From Lingula anatina (lineage: Eukaryota > Animalia > Brachiopoda), in the NCBI GenBank assembly GCA_051362555.1, contig CM120644.1:12856567-12920566 (forward strand): a DNA stretch of 64,000 nt, read 5' to 3'. Below are positions 36,326-48,362 of this stretch, in pieces. The notes below the pieces were generated by a model. It was not told the origin of the DNA. It searched no databases and was given only the letters and a program-made list of their open reading frames with translations. Position 1 is the first letter of the stretch; the number at the start of each line of letters is the position of its first letter. A program made the position numbers and the translations under genes.

Positions 36326-36862
36326 AATTCCAAAGGCAAGATAACTTCCTACCAGATAACCAAGTTCAAAGCAGCCTTTGATATCTTTGACGTTGATGAA
36401 GATGGCGTTGTTACTGAAGAGGAATTCGTTGGTTTGTCAACAGAACGAGCCCAAAAAGTTCTGCCCTCTTGGAGATCTTTGGCGGTGAATGGTATATTTT
36501 CCATTGGCTTTCGGGTCTGGTGGTCAAACAAGTACTCCAACTATAAAACATCCTTCACTTTTCAAGAAATGATTCGGGTTCACGAGATAGACATGCCTAC
36601 TTCAACGAAGGAAGGCATCGAAATCTCATCTGATTTGTTTGAGACTTTTGACATTGACTGCGATGGCAACTTGGCAGTAGATGAGTATTCCAAATTCCTT
36701 TCTGTTTATCGCAACACAGCTGAGATTCAACCAATTTTTGATGCAATTGATCAGAACGCAAATGGTTTTCTTGATAACGATGAATTTGTAAGTGCATACG
36801 ACCTCTATTGGTATCGCCAAGAGTTCAGCACCACTGATGTAATTATCGGCAAGCGGTACTGA
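36326..36862 (+). pseudogene. EF-hand gene copy 5: intact 178-codon main exon, signal-peptide exon deleted
   Basis: Acceptor TTTCAG at 36325; open frame NSKGKITSYQ...DVDEDGVVTEEE...IGKRY*. At ~36027 first-intron sequence joins directly to mid second-intron sequence. Promoter block at ~32950-33105. Confidence 0.82.
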
Positions 36863-37427
36863 TACAGTCGGCAACGGCAAAGAAAAGGGTCAACCATTTC
36901 CTTTTAGCTTTAAGCTTCTAGCTTTTGCCTTCAAGAAGTATACTGCCCCTTTGAAATGTTTAAGATGCACATTGATTACAACAAGATTAAGTTATATTAT
37001 ACAAGGATGTTTCCTTAAGAAGAAAAAATTACGTATTTCTTTTTGTCAATTTTCAATATATGTCTGAACAGTATCAGTGAGGTAATCGAAAGTGATTTTT
37101 CTTTGCTCATTGATGGGTATATGATATTTGGAATAATCCATGAGAGCCTCCTCTTTGATTCCTGTATTTTTCTACTTTTCTAACCATTTAGCATATTTTG
37201 AGTAAATATTTGAGGATATTTTTGATGCTTTCAATCAGAAGGAATATGACTACATTGATTCTAACGAATTTACATGTGCATGCGAGCTGTTTGGTTTATA
37301 CAGCAGTTTGTCATCTGGTATTATTTTAGACAACGGTTACTGATGAGATTGGTAATGACAAAAAAGTAATGTGTCCAGTAAGTTTTAGCTTTAAGATTGC
37401 ACGTTCTGATTGCTGCTTTGCTGTTGC

Positions 37428-37634
37428 TTTTGCGATGGCAAAATGACGATACTTGGGTATTCCAAATTTTTGTTTATTTATCGCAACACAGATGAGATTC
37501 AACCAATTTTTGATGCAATTCATCAGAACGCGAATGGTTTCCTTTATGCCGAAGAATTTATACGTGCATGCGACCTCTATTGTTATCAACATGAGTTTAG
37601 CAACACTAACGTAATAATCAGCAAACGTTACTAA
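37428..37634 (+). pseudogene. 3' fragment of an EF-hand gene (EF3 end to C-terminus)
   Basis: CDGKMTILGYSKFLFIYRNTDEIQPIFDAIHQNANGFLYAEEF...IISKRY*; paralogous to 58261-58616. Confidence 0.85.
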
Positions 37635-40178
37635 TGCAGAAGCCAACGACAAAGAGATAGTTGGACAATAGGGGAACCGGAGGAGACATGATTGTGCCAG
37701 TACTCAGTTGTAAATCGCTTCTAACAGTTAGATAAGATCCAACCTGGCCATTTTTTCAAAACTATTGATTGACGGACAGAGGGAATCTCCTTTGCTTGTG
37801 ATTTTAGCTCATGTAGGAGGATGTCAGAATGTCATCTTTGTTATGGCATTTGTTACTGATTAGTGCCTACCCCCTGTAGTACGTGTCTTGGTGTGACTAT
37901 ATATGTGTAGTGTACCCTCTAAAAACTCGTCACAATATTTTAAAAAAGATAAATCGATGCACAGCAATCGTGGTTCGATACGAATCCGTTGTTAGTTGCG
38001 AACTACTTCGTTTTCACAAGGTCCCCAAAGGACTCAAAAACATCGTTATAATTGCAGAACATTGTAAAAAAAAAACACACAAAATGAATTATACATGTAT
38101 ATGGGCATATCAGCTAACATACATGCAAACATTAATTAATTATCAATTTACGGTCGCGCGGGTGTGCGGAAGTGCGTCGCCCCCACCACAGGAGTAAAAG
38201 GCGTGGTCACGATGCACGCTCATGTCTCGACATATTAAGTTGCTTGTGCCTCGTGAACAACATTTAAAAAAGTTCGAAATTTGCTTAATTCAGTTTCTAA
38301 TATGCCTCCAAAAAGCAACGGACAGAAGCTAGGAGAACAGAAAAGAAGGAAGGAGGAAAAAGAAAAAAGGGGGAACAGGAGGCAAAAATGACGTACGCGG
38401 TCATTACGTCAAAACAGCGTGTGAGGCAAGTGTAAAGCAAAAGGAAATTCCTTTTGCCGTACGTAGCATTATCTTCATAAATAGTGAATGCGTGCCACGT
38501 ACACAGGTAGCGAGACAAACTCAAGACATAAGTACATCGCACCTTGCAATTAGCGTCCCTGCTTCTCACGTGAACCCTGCAACTCGCAAGGCAGACTTGC
38601 GCATTTCCATTGCAAACTTTACTCTACCTTTACGAACTCCACCGCCTCCTCTGCATGCAAGGGGCCGTGCGATCCTAAAATTCGTGCGTCCGGTTGTGAC
38701 AAAGGCTTTAATTACAGTGTACGAGAGCTTAACTAATTAAATCATGATATACAGGGATGTTTCCTTAGAAATGCGCATTTACGTTTTCACATAGATATCA
38801 CTGCATTTTTCTTCAATTTCCAATAAGACTCTGAACTGTGTTAGTTAAGTAAACATAAAAGTCTTTTTTTAAAGAAAATTGTCTTTTCAATTTGCTGGGT
38901 ATATAATATTTGACAAAAAAAAAAAAAAAAAAAAAAAATCAAAGCCTCTTTAATTCCTGTATCTTTCTACATTTTAACCAATTAGACGGATAATTTATGG
39001 ACATATCTAATAATATTTTCGATCTTATTGATCAGAACGAATATTATTACCATGATGCTAATGAATTTACACGTGCATGCGAGCAGTATTGGCATATACA
39101 ACAGTTCGGCAACTGATTTTATTTTAGATAACCTTAACTGATGAAGTTGGTAATAAAAAGGAGGTTATCCGTCCATTAAGTTTTAGCTTTAAAATTGCAA
39201 GTTACTAAGTGCCACTTTGCTGTTGTCTGTTTTTTTCAGCTTGGTGCACTTCCCCTAGTTACTCTGGATTACTAAGATGATTCATAGAAAGATAGATTTC
39301 ACATTATAATCACTCCGTGTTTTTTTCTATTTTTCAATTAACCTCGAAACAGTGCCTAAGTAAAGATATAGGGTTATTCACTACCACAAAGAAAGTAGAA
39401 GTCAAAATTGATTGCTTAGTTTCACAGTTTATCTTAAATGCGATGGAAAACTAACTCTGTATTGGTATGAAAAATAGATAAATGTATAGACTTCGGAAAT
39501 TCCATTTCTCAAGCAGTATAGGAACGGGGTAACATACTTCATGTAGCAAGGAAATATACCTGACAGCAGTATGACGATTTTTAGGTATCCCGTATGAACA
39601 TGTAGTTTGGCGCTTACATTTGATTACACAATGTTAAGCTTTGAAAGCTGCTGGCGAAATGGGATTGATAACATAAAGAATAGGGGACACGCGTACGTGA
39701 CAAAGCGACTTTATCTGGAATATATTTCAATTTAATTTTATTGAAATAAACCACCCTCCTTGAAACACCAGTCAATCCACAGACCTCCTATAGAAGTGTA
39801 GGCCAGAAAACTGGTAAGGCATATATTATTTGATAACATTTGGGGTCTGTTATTGTATCACATACTATTGTGAAAATGACAACTTTCTTCTCGCTTAGCA
39901 CTCAGCATGGAAATTGCAGCTAAATTTAAGGTTTGTCATGTAGTAGTGCTGGTTATTGTAAATAATAATTCCGTGCTCCGCATGTGCAGCATCTTAGTTT
40001 GCATTTTTTTCTACTGAGATAACAATGTTTCAGGAGCGAAACAGATCCATAAAGACCAGGTATAAATGTTTAATACAAGCTAGGCATTCTTGTCTTTTAT
40101 TTGTACTACTCAAGTATTATGAGTGACATATATTGATTCCCTTGTTTTAGAAATCTTGGCCATTTAAAGATTGAAATA

Positions 40179-41323
40179 ATGACATCCATTCAGCTGATAA
40201 GTCTGCTCCTACTGGTTGCTGTTCAAGCTGTCGATTCTTCAAGTATTGTGAAGGTAGGTCCAGAAAAGCGTTTATTATTGTTCGTTTATTAAAACAAGCG
40301 AGGACAGTATTAATAGAAACGCAGCGCGGTTCTTAAAGTGCAGGGAGTTGTTGTAGAATATTTTTGCTAATCTGTAACATTTTAGTGTGTCAGTTCACTG
40401 GAGAAGAGACCGTTTTTGGTTTTTCTTGGATGGTGACTTAACGTATACATATTTCAAACAAGAAACACATTTTTATAAAACCAATATTTACCGGCATAAT
40501 CACTTCTAATAAACATGGTATACCTGTTTAAAACAGCGTCAGCGTCTCATATGTTCATTTTAAACCCAATCCCAATTAAATCCAAATACAAAAATACACG
40601 CAAGAAATTGTCATATCTAAAACAAGTAATACCCCTGCAAAATATGATATTTAAATGATATATCGAAACCATTTGAAAATAAAATTTTCATTCTTTTAAA
40701 AGAGATTTTCGACGTTCAGAGCGATGGCTCTTAATGTGAAACACGACCAAGGCTGGGTCATAAAAAACAATTTCTTTATATTTTAGAATACCAACAGAAA
40801 GTTCAATTCCTACCAAATCAGCAAGTTCAAAGCATTCTTTGATATCTTCGACGTTGATGAAGATGGCGTTGTTACTGAAGAGGAATTCGTTGGTTTAACT
40901 ACAGGACGAGCTCAAAAAGTTCTGCCGTCTTGGAGAGCTTCGGCTGTGAATGGCATATATTCCGATGCCTTTCGGGTCTGGTGGTCAAACAAGTACTCCA
41001 ACTATAAAACAGCCTTCACTTTTAAAGATATGATTCGGTTTCACGAGATAGACATGCCTATTACAACGAAGGAGGTCGCCGAAGTCTCATCGGATTTGTT
41101 TGACACGTTTGACATTGACTGCAATGGCAAGTTGACAGTAGCTGAGTATTCCAAATTCCTTTATGTTTATCGCAACACAGCTGCAATTCAGCCAATTTTT
41201 GATGTTATTGATCAGAATGCAAATGGCGTCCTTGATGCAGATGAATTTGTAAGTGCACTCGACCTCTATTGGTATCGACAAGAGTTCAGCACCACTGATA
41301 TAATTTTTGGCAAGCGGTACTGA
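40179..41323 (+). CDS. Secreted EF-hand protein copy 6, intact, 203 aa; join 40179-40253,40787-41323
   Basis: MTSIQLISLLLLVAVQAVDSSSIVK|GTAGGT; acceptor TTTTAG at 40786; DVDEDGVVTEEE, DIDCNGKLTVAE, DQNANGVLDADE; ends FGKRY*. Promoter TACGTG at 39694. Confidence 0.92.
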
Positions 41324-41345
41324 TGCAGTTGGCAATGTGCAATAG

Positions 41346-41662
41346 CAGGCCTACCCAACTACCAGACTCGCCACCGAATGATCCTGAATTCACCGGTAGA
41401 TCAGACCACACTACCCGTTTTCAAAGTGTGTGTCAGATCGCATCACACAGTATCAGACGCGACACCGCTCTTGCCTAGTACGCGATGTGATAGTGACGAT
41501 TCTCAGCGGGGTTGAAAAGCATTGCATCACCACTCAAAATTTGTTCAGGGTATGATACTGTGTAATGCGATCTGACACACACCTTGAAAACGGGTAGTGT
41601 GGTCTAAACTACCGGTGAATTCAGGATCATTCGGTGCCGAGTCTGGTAGTTGGGTAGGCCTG
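41346..41662. mobile_element. MITE with ~110-bp TIRs (CAGGCCTACCCAACT...), 5-bp TSD AATAG (hAT5-like), in the 3' UTR of copy 6
   Basis: Near-perfect inverted arms; AATAG at 41341-41345 and 41663-41667. Confidence 0.85.
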
Positions 41663-42250
41663 AATAGATAGGTCGAACATTTCCCCTTGGCTTTTAGATT
41701 ATAGCAGACGTCTTTTAGAAATGTACTGTCCCTTTGAAAAGTTTGATTTGCACAATGCTTACAACAACATTTAATGATGTTATACAGGGTTGTTTGCTTA
41801 GAAAGACGAATTTACGTTTTCACATAGAAATCACGTTGTACTTTTTCGTCAGTTTTCAATATAACTCTAAGCCTCTTCTCCCACCGGGAAAATTATGTTG
41901 TTTAAACGTTGAAACAGCATTGAACCATAACAATGATAAGACGTTGGATAAACGTTGGATTTGAAAGTTGTATCAACGTCAGATAATAACATTGTATCAA
42001 CCTCAGTTATTAGACAACATTCTTGCATGAAAAGACATTAAAATGACCTGAAATGTTTTTATTTTTGGTACAAAACACAGGTACACAATTAAATACGTAC
42101 ACTGTAAAATATCGAAGTGCCTGCTTTGTCTGATTTTTCAACGCATTTAGCTCCTAAGCATGTTTTGCGCCTAAGCATGGTACAGCCTTATAGGCTGGAT
42201 GTGTTTAGCAGTAGGACATGTTTGATGGCTAAATATATGTAGGGTATATA

Positions 42251-45200
42251 TGTTACGAATAAGCAAACTTCTTTAGTCTTTTTCACATCTATTTCATTTG
42301 CTTGTCATTGAAATTGTCACGTAGAAACTGAAATGAACAAAATACATCAAATTAAGATATTATCCTTAAATTATGTTACAATTACAACTTATAAAGTTCT
42401 TATTAACTGTTTAAATTACTAAATGATTCATAAAGTCTTACCTCATTGCGGGAATTAGTGACTTTTAATGATCAGAACATAACTATGATAAGCGCGTGCT
42501 CTAGTCAAAAAAGTAAAACGCTATCTTCGCCGATGTTGTATAACAGCTAAGACGGGCCAAACCTTAACATGGCTCCCCTAAATTGTGAAAGCAATTTACA
42601 CAATATACACTGTTTACCTTATCATTACGTATAAAAAAAAAGATATTTGCTCGGAAATTATTAAGAATTACCGTAACTTAAATACCTTTAAGGAACATCA
42701 ATACTTACTGTTAATTACCGTAATTAAACATAAAATACCTTGCAATCCCATAAACACAAATAGCCCAACATGTAACTGTCTTTAGAAAACAAAAGTGTTC
42801 ATTAAATCTACACAAACTGTAACATAGAATCATAACAAACTGACATTGTCACAGTTAACAGTTATTTTGGCTCCTCGACGGGGTCTTCTCCGGTCAATAA
42901 AAGAATTAACTTGTGCACTGGTCTCTCATATGTAGAGTCCCTAACTTTCAACTTGACCTTACGCACATATCCATCTGCACTTTGAAAGCTTTCTGCTATG
43001 CGACCAAGTGGCCACTGATTTCTTGGTGCACTGTCATCTATCATGAGAACAATATCTCCAACTTGTACATCTCTATGTTGTCTGATCCACTTTTTTCTCT
43101 CTTGTAATGTAGGAAGAAATTCCTTTCTCCACCTGCTCCAAAATTCATTGGCTAGATATTGAACATGTCGCCATCTTCGATGAAGGTATGTGTCTTTCCT
43201 TATGAAATTCCCAGTGGGTGGCATCACGACCTTAGTTTTCAGGGTCAGGAGCTGATTTGGAGACAAAGGCATTGGAGAATCTGGTGACTGTGTATCAATG
43301 TTAGTCAAAGGTCTACTGTTAACTATGACTTCTGCCTCAGTTAACAATGTGGACAAGGAATCATCATCTAAACGGTCACTGTGAGCTGTGAGAAGTCCTG
43401 ATAAAGCATTTCTGGCTGATCTGATCATCCTTTCCCACACGCCTCCCATATGTGAAGCATGAGGAACATTCATTTCAAACTGAATCCAGTCATAGTGGTC
43501 TTTCAGAAGTTCTCTCCTGATCTTGTCCTGATCCATATCCATAAAGACAGTTTCTTGCTCTCCCTTAACTCCAATGAAATTGGTTCCACGGTCTGCTCCG
43601 AGTAGACGTACTGGTCCACGCCTGCATACAAAGCGTCTGTAGCAGTTAATAAAGGAATCTGTGCTGAGTGAATATGCAACTTCTATATGAATAGCACGTG
43701 ATGCTAAACATGTAAACATAGCACCATATCTCTTCATTTGCTTTCTTCCCTCCTTCACATAGATTGGTCCAAAGAAATCTACTGCACTGTAGGTGAATGG
43801 AGGTGCTGGTTCCAGTCTGTCAGCTGGAAGATCTGACATTTTCTGACTCTGTGAGTTTGCTCGTAGCTTACGACAGGTCGCACATTTCCATATATATGAT
43901 CCAATCTTGGCACGGCCAGAAATTATCCAATAGCCACTAGCTCGGACTTCATTAAGAGTAATGCCACTTCCTGAATGTCCGCATCGTGTATGATAGTGGT
44001 CAATTATGAGATTTGTAACGTGATGATGCTTAGGCAGAATTACTGGGTGTGTAAGCTCTCTGGGTAGATTTGCTCTCTTTATACGACCACCTACTCTGAG
44101 TAGTCCATCTTCACATAAAAAAGGGTCTAGGCGGTATAGTGAACTGGTTTTCTTGATTTGTTCGTTGCGATATCTTGCCTGTTTTCTCTCTGTGTTCACT
44201 GTTATCTTCTCTGTTAATTGCTTTCAGTATTGCAATTTCCTTCTCAAATGTAGCAATCTGTGTTGACTTGAGAATGATCTTTTCTGCCACTTGTATTTCT
44301 TGAACAGTCAACGGTTCATTGCGGGTCTCAACTGTGTTCTGCTGTGTAGATTTCCTGTTCCTAGCTTGTTTCAGCTTCTGTATGAATCGTAAACACCACG
44401 TAACAACTCATGTTGATCTGTTCCAGGAAGAAAACCTTTTCAATACATCCGACAAGTGATCGTGGTTGGTTTCTACTTTAGTAGCAAATACATTGACTTC
44501 AGATTTGCGTACTTCTGGGTCATCTGGTGCTAGTCTGAATTGGGTATTAGTGGTAGATAGTGGTTTATCAATGAGCAGGAAGTCTGGCCCATTCCACCAC
44601 TGTTCATTCTGTAGTAGCTCTGTCACACCTGTTCCCCTGGAGGCTATATCAGCTGGGTTGTCACTGGACTTAACATGCCTCCATTGTGATGGCTGACTGA
44701 CTTCTCCAATGTGTTGTATTCTATTAGCTACAAAGACATGAAATCTCTTAGCATCATTATTGACATCCCCTAGAACAACCTTGCTGTCAGTCCAATACAC
44801 ATGGGTGATGTCCTCATACACTAACTCCTTGGCAAGAAAGGTCTCCACCTTTATAGACATCACTGCTGCTGACAACTCTAGGCGTGGGACTGTCACTGAT
44901 TTAGAGGGAGCTACCTTGGACTTGCCCATAACTGGTGACTAAAAGTCATTCTTAAGAAAGTCAATGACGTTTGATGAATACTCATCTTGGTAGTCCTCTG
45001 CTAGTTTCCTCAGTCCATACAATGCGCATGCTGGTGAACTTATCGCTCCAAATATATGAGACGTCATTCTGTATGTGATGGGATTACTATTGATGTCACC
45101 GTCTTTCCACCATAGGAACTGTAAAAACTTTCTATCCTCTTCTTTCACTTTAAACCTGTGAAACATGTTCTCCATGTCACCCATGATTGCTACTGGCTGC

Positions 45201-47349
45201 TCTCTAAACCTCAATAAAACACCTATGAGCGAGTTATTCTGATCAGGTCCTTTCAACAGGCTGTCGTTTAGCGCAACATTTTCATGTTTTGCACTGGCAT
45301 CAAACACCACTCGTAATTTCTCACGTTTCTTGGGGTGATATACAGCATGATGTGGTAAGTACCAACCTCCACCTTCATGAGGTGTTTCTTCTGCATAGCA
45401 TTTATCTATGAGGTCCTGCATAAAACTGTTATAGTGCTCATAATACTTCGGGTTGTGGATTAGCCTTTTCCTTAGCTGCTCTAGTCTGATCTCAGCTGCT
45501 GGTTTGTTGTTTGGCAATGCTGGATGTCCATCTTTAAATGGTAGTGGCATCACGTAAAAAACCCTCGTTGAAATGTATGTCCTCCTCCATAATCTTCATG
45601 AACTTCTGGTCTTGAAGGCTTAACCTTTCATCTTTCTGTTGGTCGAAACCTTGGTCAAAGAGACTGCAAACCTCAGCGGGGCTGATCTCTGTCACTTGTG
45701 TTCTAAAGGCAAAGGCATGTGTTGCAAAGCTCTTGTTTTCATCTATGGGTCTTGATTTGTCCACTGGCCCTACTATACCCCAACCTAGGTTACATCTGTA
45801 TGCATATGGCTCCTCTCCTCTACCATGTACGTATTCCAGACCTCTAATGGCTTTCATACAGTTTACTCCCAACAGCAGTCCTACCTCTATGTCTGGGTGA
45901 TAAGGAGTAATCTTATCAGCAATTGAGTGCAAGTGTGGCCATTTCTTAGCAGTTTCTGGTCTGGGTATCTGTGATCGCTTAACTGGAATGGAGTCTCTGG
46001 AGTATGTATCTGGGAGCTCAATCAATGTCTCTTGGTTCAGACCTCTCACAGCATTTCACTTGCATTTCTGGGCATTGGTGAAGTTTATGTTGTTCCTTGC
46101 ATAATATACACTTGTGAACGTGTCTTTCGTTGCTGGATGCAGAGGTACTAGACAGTTCTGTTTGTGCTGGAACTCTTCTCCTTGGTGCTGGTATAGGTCT
46201 CTCTGGTGGTGGTGGAACCTTTCCAAAAATGGGGTCAGCCAATTTTCGTGCTTCTTTCTGCACAAAATCTACGAATAGCTGAAAGGTTATCTTCTGTCCC
46301 CTTTCCTTCCTTTCATACACTATGCTTCTCCATTTATCGTGCAATTTGAGCGACAGCTTGTCATAAGCCTCTTAAGGTCATCAGGATACTCGAGGACTGG
46401 GAAGGCATCTATTTCTTTTACTGCATACTCACATTCCCTTAAAAATATGCCGTATTTGTCTAGTGTGACATAATCATCATGCTTTATCACTGGCCACTGT
46501 AAGGCACGGTTAATATACGATGTCGCAATCTGTTCTTGGTCCCCATACCTTCTCTCAAATTCCTTCCATGCGGCCTTGAAACCAATGGATGCATCTAAGT
46601 GAGCGAATCCTAGCGTAATTTCATGAGGCTCACCTCTGGTGTATTGCAGTAGATGGTTCAGTTTTTCATCGTCAGAGTCGCATGTTTCTATGATTCTACT
46701 TTTGAACTGTCTCTTAAACAGCACATATTTGATCGGGTCACCTTCAAATACTTGAATCTGAATTCTTGGTTTACTGAGTTCCTTTGCTATCGTAGTTTTC
46801 TCACACAAAGTGAGTGGGGCACAAGATGTTAGTGCGTTTTTGGGCGTAGATGTCTTTTTTATATTTGACTTTGTGAAGTTAAAATGCTTTTCCAACTCAC
46901 ACATCGTTTGGTCTATATCCGACTCTACCCTTTTCAGTTCTGCTTGCAGAAGTATCATTTCTGCTCGTGTTGCCATCTTTTCTAAATACTGTGCTGATCG
47001 TCTTTCACCATATCGTCGCTGAGTTTTTACTGTTACGAATAAGCAAACTTCTTTAGTCTTTTTCACATCTATTTTATTTGCTTGTCATTGAAATTGTCAC
47101 GTAGAAACTGAAATGAACAAAATACATCAAATTAAGATAGTATCCTTAAATTATGTTACAATTACAACTTATAAAGTTCTTATTAACTGTTTAAATTGCT
47201 AAATGATTCATAAAGTCTTACCTCATTGCGGGAATTAGTGACTTTTAATAATCAGAACATAATTATGATAAGCGCGTGCTCTAGTCAAAAAAGTAAAACG
47301 CTATCTTCGCCGATGTTGCATAACAGCTAAGACGGGCCAAACCTTAACA
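42251..47349 (-). mobile_element. BEL/Pao LTR retrotransposon 2, internally deleted; LTRs 42251-42569 and 47031-47349 (319 bp); TSD ATATA
   Basis: TGT...ACA LTRs with about 6 differences; purine tract TAGGGGAGCCA before the 3' LTR; fragmented gag-pol. Confidence 0.95.
42862..46976 (-). pseudogene. Fragmented gag-pol of BEL element 2 (DUF1759 gag, partial PR/RT, partial RNase H, integrase)
   Basis: FEGDPIKYVLFKRQF; YLPHHAV...KLRVVFDASAK. RT ends at DFLKNDF* with YVDD missing and joins to MGKSKVAP. Integrase ORF 42862-44199 has VDFFGP, DRGTNF, GGVWERMIRS. Confidence 0.88.
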
Positions 47350-47397
47350 ATATATGTATGGCCTTTAAGTAAAGATTTCCAAGGTATAGATACAGCT

Positions 47398-47400
<3 letters not shown>

Positions 47401-47456
<56 letters not shown>
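47401..47456. repeat. (TA)n microsatellite
   Basis: Direct reading. Confidence 0.95.
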
Positions 47457-47458
<2 letters not shown>

Positions 47459-48362
47459 CAAAGTCACAGTCACCTCAACCTGTCTTTCTATAACAGGGTA
47501 CCGAGAACTGTCATCTTTGTTAACTTCACTCCATCACATTTACAGCGACTTATTCATCCTAGTTTTAGCTGACCTGGAATGTATTTCTGAATAACAAGTT
47601 AAGAGAATTCACTTGTTCACTAAAGATACAAAACAACTGTCACTTTTACTTTAAAACACCGTTTTTAATATTTTGATAAAGTTATTTACAGTATTGATAA
47701 ACAAAGTATCACGTTTTCAATAATTAATATTTTAAATTACAATCCATGTCTTGCATCACGACGACCAAACAACAACGTTGAGTCAATGACCAAAATACAA
47801 CGTTGAGTCAATGTCACATTATGACGTGTTTTGACGTGGCTGGATCAACGTTGATTTTACGTTGAATTTAGGTAGATCAACGGCTATTCAACGTCCCAAC
47901 CTGTTTTCAACGTAGGTCCAACGTCACTATGCCTGCTGGGCTGGTTCTTGTCGCTTTCAACATTACTAACCATTTAGTGGGATGTTTTGAGAAAATATTT
48001 AACAATATTTTGATGTTATCTATCACAACAAATATAATTAGCTTGATGCCAATGTATTTACACGTCCTTGTGTTGTTTTGGTATATATAAGTCTTCTAGA
48101 AGTATACTGTCCCTATGAAATATTTAAGATGTGCGTTGATTACAATAGGTTTTAGTTATATTATGTAAGGCTATTTCCTTAGGAAGACGAATTTAAGTTT
48201 TTACTTAGAACAACAATATGAAATTTGGAATAAAGCACAAAAGCCTACTTTTTGATTCTTTTATATTTCTATATTTCTGACCATATAGACGGATATTTTG
48301 ATTTCAATGATATCTTGATGCCATCGATCAGAAGGAATATGACTATCTTGATGCCAATTAAT

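Larger units (their letters stand above)
41880..47940. mobile_element. Non-autonomous EnSpm/CACTA-like element (CCC...GGG, 2-bp TSD CT, subterminal CAACGTTG repeats) hosting BEL element 2
   Basis: CCCACCGGGAA... / ...TGCCTGCTGGG; CT at 41878-41879 and 41941+6000 (47941-47942); host sequence AAGCCTC..CT|..TTCTTGTC resumes. Confidence 0.7.

Noticed and set aside
37900-38740. Kolobok/piggyBac-like element bounded by TTAA (also ~58890-62250)
   Set aside because: The terminal inverted similarity is too weak to set boundaries or family by eye; kept only as a duplicated unique block.
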